NCBI GenBank assembly: GCA_016861085.1
Contig: BOKR01000001.1
Location: 515,271-579,270 of the forward strand
DNA from: Patescibacteria group bacterium
GTDB lineage: Bacteria; Patescibacteriota; Microgenomatia; UBA1400; PJMF01
Direction: 5' to 3'
DNA length: 64,000 nucleotides
Below are positions 58,359-64,000 of this stretch, piece by piece. Position 1 is the stretch's first letter. Each line of letters begins with the position of its first letter. Made by a program: the position numbers and the translations under genes. The notes below the pieces were generated by a model. The model was not told the DNA's origin and made no database searches. It saw only the letters and a list, made by a program, of their open reading frames with translations.

Positions 58359-58958
58359 ATGCAAATCCTATTTGCTTCACAAAATAAAGGCAAACAAAAT
58401 GAGGCAAGGGCTTTATTTAAAGACTTACCTGTCGAATTTGTGTTTCCTGATCAATTTCCCGAGTTGGCTGGATTTGATCCAGAGGAAACAGGAACAACAT
58501 TTGCAGAAAATGCCCTCTTGAAAGCTCGAGCATATGCAGAGGTAGTACAAATCCCTTGCATTGCTGATGATTCTGGGGTTGAGGTTGACGGCATGGATCA
58601 GCTTCCTGGAGTTCATTCTAATCGTTGGTTTGAAGGAACTGCTGATGAACGTAACGAAGAAGTGCTCAAAAGACTAACCCCAGACAAACCACGAACGGCT
58701 CGGTATATTACTGTGGCCTGTTATTACGACCCAGTATCAGAGGAGTATGCTTTGTATGAAGAGACTCAAGAAGGCTCGATCGCTCATAAAAGTGTACAAG
58801 GTGAGGGTTTTGACTATGATCGAATTTTTATTCCAGAGGGTTATGACAAAACCTACTCCCAACTCGGCCAAGAGGTGAAAAATCAAAATTCACAACGAGC
58901 TCGAGCGTATAGAAAGCTTCACGAGTTCCTCAAAGAACTGCTTGCCCTTAAACGCTAA
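58359..58958 (+). CDS. rdgB: Non-canonical purine NTP pyrophosphatase (RdgB/HAM1)
   Basis: ASQNKGK, EETGTTFAENALLKA, ADDSG, PGVHS.RW, GFDYDRIF, KN..SQR. Confidence 0.88.
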   Translation: MQILFASQNKGKQNEARALFKDLPVEFVFPDQFPELAGFDPEETGTTFAENALLKARAYAEVVQIPCIADDSGVEVDGMDQLPGVHSNRWFEGTADERNEEVLKRLTPDKPRTARYITVACYYDPVSEEYALYEETQEGSIAHKSVQGEGFDYDRIFIPEGYDKTYSQLGQEVKNQNSQRARAYRKLHEFLKELLALKR

Positions 58959-58963
58959 TCCTG

Positions 58964-58969
58964 TATAGT
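58964..58969 (+). promoter_or_regulatory. -10-like TATAGT 7 nt upstream of ATG 58977
   Basis: Same leaderless spacing as the other starts. Confidence 0.5.
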
Positions 58970-58976
58970 ATGTGGC

Positions 58977-60182
58977 ATGAACGAATACATTCCCTCTAAA
59001 AAAATATTACAAAAATACGCAGATGTACTGGTTAATTTCGCACTTAATGGCGGTAGTGGTATTAAGAAAGGTGAAGTAGTCCAAATTACTGTGCCTGACG
59101 TTGCCAAACCACTCGCTAAGGAACTATATATTGCAGCACTCAAAGCTGGTGCACACCCAATGCTTCGACTTGTCCCAACAGGGTTTGATCGTGACTTTTA
59201 TTCCTATGCATCACAAGATCAACTCACACACTTCCCTGAAAAATTTTTGCGTGCAAAAGCTGACTTGCTAGATCATGTCATCTCAGTTATTGCCGATCCT
59301 GACCCAAATGAATTGAAAGGTATCGATTCAAAAAAAATTATGCTCTCCCGAGAGGCTCAATATCCATACAGAGAATGGCTGTTTGATAAAGAACACAAAA
59401 AACAATTTAGCTGGACTTTAGGACTTTGGGGAACCCAGGCAAAAGCTGATATTGTTGGTCTTTCACTCAAAAAGTACTGGGATCAAATTATCAGTGCCTG
59501 TTTTCTTGATAAGCCAGATCCTGTAGCTGAATGGAAAAAACTTACAAAAATGCAACGAGACATCAAGGACAAACTCAATGCTTTAGAAATCGATACAGTT
59601 CGTGTCGTCGGACCCGATGTTGATCTTACCATTAAGCTTGGTGCAAATCGTGCTTGGAAAACTGGTAGTGGCTGTAATATTCCTTCGTTTGAACACTTCA
59701 CTTCACCAGATTGGAGAGGCACACATGGCTGGATCTCATTCAATCAACCATTATATCGATATGGCAATGTAATTGAAGGTGTAAAACTAGAATTTAAAGA
59801 CGGTATTGTTACAAAAGCAACAGCTAAAAAGGGAAAAAAGGTTTTATTAGACATGTTGGCTACAAAAAATGCTAATAAGTTGGGTGAATTTTCACTCACT
59901 GATACTCGCTTTTCTAGAATTACCCACCCAATGGCTGAAACATTATTTGATGAAAACATTGGTGGACCATTTGGAAATACTCATGTAGCTGTGGGTATGG
60001 CTTACAAGGATTGTTATAAAGGTGATGCCGCCACAGTGTCTGAAAATGAATGGGAACAAATGGGATATAACAACTCTTCAGTACACACCGATATTGTTAG
60101 CACAACAGATAGGACTGTGACTGCCACATTGGTTTCTGGAGAAAAGTTGGTAATTTATCAAAACGGTCAATTTACCTTGTAA
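58977..60182 (+). CDS. Aminopeptidase, M29 (AmpS/AmpT) family
   Basis: KYADVLV, NIPSFEHFTSP, LGEFSL, TLFDEN, HVAVGMAY, N.SSVHTDIV. Confidence 0.92.
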   Translation: MNEYIPSKKILQKYADVLVNFALNGGSGIKKGEVVQITVPDVAKPLAKELYIAALKAGAHPMLRLVPTGFDRDFYSYASQDQLTHFPEKFLRAKADLLDHVISVIADPDPNELKGIDSKKIMLSREAQYPYREWLFDKEHKKQFSWTLGLWGTQAKADIVGLSLKKYWDQIISACFLDKPDPVAEWKKLTKMQRDIKDKLNALEIDTVRVVGPDVDLTIKLGANRAWKTGSGCNIPSFEHFTSPDWRGTHGWISFNQPLYRYGNVIEGVKLEFKDGIVTKATAKKGKKVLLDMLATKNANKLGEFSLTDTRFSRITHPMAETLFDENIGGPFGNTHVAVGMAYKDCYKGDAATVSENEWEQMGYNNSSVHTDIVSTTDRTVTATLVSGEKLVIYQNGQFTL

Positions 60183-60189
60183 AAGGTAA
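60172..60189. terminator. Small hairpin TTACCTT-GTAA-AAGGTAA between convergent genes
   Basis: 7-bp stem with a 4-nt loop over the aminopeptidase stop codon. No clear U-tract. Confidence 0.3.
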
Positions 60190-60226
60190 TGAATTATTGA
60201 CGAACGAGTAAAATATATTTAAAACT

Positions 60227-62041
60227 TTATCTCTTTAACGCCTTGACCCGGGCATCTTTGGTTAATAACTTTTTGCGAAGTCTTAAAGATATTGGCGTTA
60301 CTTCAAGCAATTCATCGTCCTCAATAAAGTCTAGGCAACGTTCCAAACTCATTTCAACCGGTGGTGCAATTTTGAGCATCACATCTGCATTTGATCTAAA
60401 GTTAGTTAACTGTTTTCCCTTGGCAATATTCATTTCCATATCTTCTTGTTTTCGGTTCAAGCCAATGATTTGACCCTCATATACATTTGCACCAGCAGGA
60501 ACAAACGTATCACCTCTTTTTTGGATTGCGTCAAGTGCATAGGTGGTTGCAACACCACTCTCAGAAGCAATTAAAACACCATTACGCATTCTTTCAACGG
60601 CTTCACCAGCTGGGAAGTATCCTAAAAATCTACTGGCAAACAATCCATTTCCTCTTGTTTTAGTTAAGATTTCACTTCTAAATCCAAGTAAATTTCTGCT
60701 TGAAATCTCAAACACCATTCTTGTATTCCCTTTTTCGTTGGTCACAGAATCTTTCATCATTGCTCTTCTCTTTCCAAGTTCTTCAACAATGACACCAGTG
60801 TAGCTGCTTTCAATTTCAACAGTTAGCTCTTCTATTGGCTCATGCAATGTTCCGTCGATTTCTTTCAAAATAACTTCAGGTTTTCCGACTTCAAGCTCAT
60901 ATCCTTCACGGCGCATATTCTCAATGAGCACTGCTAAATGAAGCTCACCTCTGCCTGAAACAATAAAACCAGTTCCATTTGGATTTGGATTGATTCTCAA
61001 GCCAATATTGGTTTTCTTCTCTTTTAGTAATCTATCTCCGATTTGTCTGACAGTAGAAAATTCACCTTCTTTACCAGAAAAGGGAGAGGTATTAGCAGCA
61101 ATTTGAATATTTAGAGTAGGCTCGGTGACATAGATCATTGGATATCCTGTTAGATCATTTGGATCAGTCACAGTCTGGCCAATCTTGACATCAGTGATTC
61201 CAGTCAAAGAAATAATGTCTCCAGGAATACTTTCTGGAACTTCAATTGTCTCCAAACCTTTACTCGTAAAAACACCTTGAACTTTGTAATTTCCAACCTT
61301 ATCATTCTCTTCTAAAAGAGCAATTTGTTGGCCTGTTTTTATAACACCTTGTTTTACTTTACCAATAGCACGAACTCCTTTGTAAATATCATATTCAATA
61401 TTTGAGACCTGCATTTTAAATGGAAGTGTTTCATTTGTGACTGGTGCGGGAACTTCGTTTAGGATAGTTTCAAACAAAGGTTCTAGTGTGGCTGGTTCAT
61501 CAAATGACTGTGGCATTGAAAGCCATGCTTTTCCTTCTCTGGCAACTGCATATAAAATTGGGAAAATAAGCTGGTCATCACGGTGCGCAAGTTGCAAAAA
61601 TAAATCTTCAACTTCTTGCTGAACACGAGCCACTTCTGCATCTTTACGATCAATTTTGTTGATTACAACAATCATCTGCAAATTGTTAGCGAGCGCCTTT
61701 TCCAAAACAAATCGAGTTTGGGGCAATGGACCTTCAGCTGCATCAACAATTAACAGTGCACCTTCTGCCATACTAATAACGCGTTCAACTTCACCACCAA
61801 AATCAGCGTGACCTGGAGTATCAATAATATTGATTTTGATATCATTATAGGCAACAGAAGTTGTTTTAGCTAAAATGGTAATACCACGTTCTCTTTCTTG
61901 GTCATTGCTGTCCAGAATAGTGGTTTGCTGCATCTCAGCCTGATTGTCACGAAACGTCTTAGTTTGCTTGAGCATACCATCCACAAGTGTAGTCTTACCG
62001 TGGTCAACGTGTGCAATGATTGCGATATTTCTTAATTCCAT
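60227..62041 (-). CDS. typA: Translational GTPase TypA/BipA
   Basis: RNIAIIAHVDHGKTTLVD, RERGITI, DTPGHADFGGEVER, GRGELHL..ENMRREG, LLEVTP.SLRLRK. Confidence 0.97.
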   Translation of the reverse strand: MELRNIAIIAHVDHGKTTLVDGMLKQTKTFRDNQAEMQQTTILDSNDQERERGITILAKTTSVAYNDIKINIIDTPGHADFGGEVERVISMAEGALLIVDAAEGPLPQTRFVLEKALANNLQMIVVINKIDRKDAEVARVQQEVEDLFLQLAHRDDQLIFPILYAVAREGKAWLSMPQSFDEPATLEPLFETILNEVPAPVTNETLPFKMQVSNIEYDIYKGVRAIGKVKQGVIKTGQQIALLEENDKVGNYKVQGVFTSKGLETIEVPESIPGDIISLTGITDVKIGQTVTDPNDLTGYPMIYVTEPTLNIQIAANTSPFSGKEGEFSTVRQIGDRLLKEKKTNIGLRINPNPNGTGFIVSGRGELHLAVLIENMRREGYELEVGKPEVILKEIDGTLHEPIEELTVEIESSYTGVIVEELGKRRAMMKDSVTNEKGNTRMVFEISSRNLLGFRSEILTKTRGNGLFASRFLGYFPAGEAVERMRNGVLIASESGVATTYALDAIQKRGDTFVPAGANVYEGQIIGLNRKQEDMEMNIAKGKQLTNFRSNADVMLKIAPPVEMSLERCLDFIEDDELLEVTPISLRLRKKLLTKDARVKALKR

Positions 62042-62044
62042 ATG

Positions 62045-62074
62045 TTCCTTAATTTAGGCGAAACGTATATTATA
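62045..62074 (-). promoter_or_regulatory. typA promoter -10 (TATAAT, 62069-62074) and SD-like AAGGAA (62045-62050)
   Basis: Reverse complements of ATTATA and TTCCTT. A leadered exception to the leaderless pattern. Confidence 0.55.
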
Positions 62075-62121
62075 CCCTAAAACAGACAATTTTGGTAGTT
62101 ATGCGTAATAAAAGAATGTTT

Positions 62122-62127
62122 TACACT
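62122..62127 (+). promoter_or_regulatory. -10-like TACACT 6 nt upstream of ATG 62134
   Basis: Same leaderless spacing, which supports ATG 62134 as the true start. Confidence 0.5.
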
Positions 62128-62133
62128 GTGATA

Positions 62134-63792
62134 ATGGAAAACGAAAACACAAATAACCCAGTAGCATATTTTTGCGCCGAATTCGGCTTTGACCCCAAAA
62201 TTCCGATTTATGCTGGGGGCTTAGGAGTATTGTCAGGAGACACTATTAAAGAAGCCGCAGATCAAAACATCCCTTTCATAGGAATAGGTTTGATGTACAG
62301 AGGCTACGGGGTTATCCAAAAAATAGATGCTGATGGCCTACAATTTGAAGAAAATAACCTTTTTGATCCGGCTGTTGTTGGACTTGAACATGTGTATCTA
62401 GATGAGATGCCACTGTTTATTAAAGTTCATCTCACAGAACTTGATGTTTGGGTACGAGTTTGGAAAAAAACATTTTCAGAGCAAGTAACGCTATATCTAC
62501 TTGACACTGAAACCGATCAAAACATGCCAACTGAACGTAGTATCACTTCAACACTATATTCTGGTACTCCAGATACCATGCTTAAACAACAGCTGATTTT
62601 GGGTATTGGAGGAGTAAAACTACTCAATACCCTTGGAATTAAGCCAAAGGTGTACCACATGAATGAAGGTAGACCAAACTTTTTGCATTGGGAAGTAATA
62701 CGAGAACTTATGAGAACACATGAAATTTCTTATAAGCAAGCTAAAGAAATCGCTATTAGTAAAACTGTATATACCAATCACACATTAGTTGCTGCAGGTA
62801 ATCAAAGCTATCCAAAAGATTTATTAGCTTTATACAGTGAATATTACGCTGAAAAAATGGGAATCGCTGTAAGCGAACTACTTGCTGACGGCATAACTGA
62901 AGAAGCACCTGATCAATTTTCAGTGACACAAGCAGCACTTAACACTTCAAGAACGGCAAATGGAGTGAGTGCCTACCATACACAACTATCACAAAAACTT
63001 TGGCCATCATACAACTGGGTTAACATCACCAATGGGGTTCATATGCCTACCTGGCAATCAACAACTGTGAAAGATGCTGCTGCTCATCCTGAAGCACTTT
63101 GGCAGGCACATGTTCTTGAAAAAAGAAATTTAGCTGAATTTGTTAAACAAAGAACTGGATACTCTTTCAATCCTGAGTATATGGTTATTTCATGGGCTAG
63201 AAGACTAGCCGGCTACAAACAGTTCAATATCTTATTCGAAGATCTTGAGCGACTTAAAAAAATTGTTGCAGACTCAAAAAAACCAGTCCAAATTTTGATG
63301 TCTGGCAAAGCACATTCTGGTGACACTGCAGGAAAACAAGAGTTGCAAAAAATCATTAAGATTATGGCAAATGAACTTGCAGGTCATGCACTCTTTATTC
63401 CAAACTATGACATTTCAATTGCTCAAATGCTAGTTAAAGGGAGTGACCTTTGGTTAAATACACCAAAAATGGGCTATGAAGCAAGTGGTACTTCTGGAAT
63501 GAAAGCAATTGCTAATGGTGTGATTAATCTCACAGTAATGGATGGGTGGTCAAAAGAAGTTAATTGGAACGGTGTTGGTTTTGTATTAGATGACAAAAAT
63601 TTGCCACTTGATTTATACGACCAACTAGAAAAAAATTGTATTTCATTATTTTATAACAGATCTGAAAATGGCATTCCAGAACAATGGGTTGCAATGATGC
63701 AGAAATCAATTGAGTTATCAAATAAATTCAGCACACAAAGGATGCTTAAAGAATATACAGAAAGACTATACAATGGCCATACAAAAGTATAA
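62134..63792 (+). CDS. glgP: Alpha-glucan (glycogen/maltodextrin) phosphorylase, compact form
   Basis: AYFCAEFG, YAGGLGVLSGD, HMNEG, ITNGVH, WARR..YK, GKAH and EASGTSGMKA (PLP lysine). Confidence 0.93.
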   Translation: MENENTNNPVAYFCAEFGFDPKIPIYAGGLGVLSGDTIKEAADQNIPFIGIGLMYRGYGVIQKIDADGLQFEENNLFDPAVVGLEHVYLDEMPLFIKVHLTELDVWVRVWKKTFSEQVTLYLLDTETDQNMPTERSITSTLYSGTPDTMLKQQLILGIGGVKLLNTLGIKPKVYHMNEGRPNFLHWEVIRELMRTHEISYKQAKEIAISKTVYTNHTLVAAGNQSYPKDLLALYSEYYAEKMGIAVSELLADGITEEAPDQFSVTQAALNTSRTANGVSAYHTQLSQKLWPSYNWVNITNGVHMPTWQSTTVKDAAAHPEALWQAHVLEKRNLAEFVKQRTGYSFNPEYMVISWARRLAGYKQFNILFEDLERLKKIVADSKKPVQILMSGKAHSGDTAGKQELQKIIKIMANELAGHALFIPNYDISIAQMLVKGSDLWLNTPKMGYEASGTSGMKAIANGVINLTVMDGWSKEVNWNGVGFVLDDKNLPLDLYDQLEKNCISLFYNRSENGIPEQWVAMMQKSIELSNKFSTQRMLKEYTERLYNGHTKV

Positions 63793-64000
63793 AAAATTTT
63801 ATTCATTAATGGTTGAACAAAACGAAGCATTACTTAATACATTTGACCGGATTCATGCAGAGTATGTCCTCAATCCAAGTAAGAATGAAAAGGAATTTAA
63901 TAAGGTTGGCTTAGATGTCGTTGATATTGTCAGATTCTGGGAACGCAAATTATGTTCTGGCATGGAACGAGGTAATAACGGCGTGTATTCTGATAAACTA
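63773..64000 (+). CDS. Hypothetical protein, 3'-truncated by the window edge
   Basis: Open frame MAIQKYKKFYSLMVEQN...FWERKLCSGMERGNNGVYSDKL to the end of the window. Overlaps the glgP stop. Confidence 0.65.
   Translation, partial: MAIQKYKKFYSLMVEQNEALLNTFDRIHAEYVLNPSKNEKEFNKVGLDVVDIVRFWERKLCSGMERGNNGVYSDKL

Noticed and set aside
1-64000. CRISPR arrays, tRNA/rRNA, IS elements, prophage, DGR/retron or defence systems, and alternative genetic code
   Set aside because: Intergenic gaps are nearly all under 70 bp. I saw no repeat-spacer pattern and no transposase, integrase, RT or nuclease motifs. TGA serves as the normal stop of many intact genes.

Overview
A gene-dense, AT-rich bacterial window in the standard code (TGA used as stop). 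Gene content and compaction suggest a CPR/Patescibacteria (Microgenomates-like) genome; this is an inference, as no rRNA marker is present. About 51 kb (1-51539) is one cell-surface glycan super-locus. It holds an SpsC/SpsE-like nonulosonic-acid module, a WecB/WecC (UDP-ManNAcA) cassette with methyltransferases, a polyprenol-phosphate-sugar donor module (GalE-like, GT2, DUF2304, GT2), eleven GT-C-fold membrane glycosyltransferase genes, a Wzx flippase, an LCP ligase and rmlBCD. The rest is housekeeping: trmD, gltX, ybeY, dnaX, ybaB, rdgB, an M29 aminopeptidase, typA and glgP. Most notable: (1) the GT-C array has mirror-image gene order and two copies of a head-to-head module pairing a YfhO-like GT-C with an uncharacterised single-TM protein carrying WxFRExxSxG; (2) dnaX has an A9 run at the predicted gamma/tau boundary with immediate stops in both shifted frames, and lacks its Zn-binding cysteines; (3) many transcription units have a TAnnnT -10 box only 6-7 nt before the ATG (leaderless architecture); (4) one GT-C is split by a single-base frameshift in a T6 run; (5) a perfect 16-bp palindrome joins the stop codons of two convergent glycan operons. 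I found no tRNA, rRNA, CRISPR array or transposase. All family calls come from motifs recognised by eye, not from database searches.
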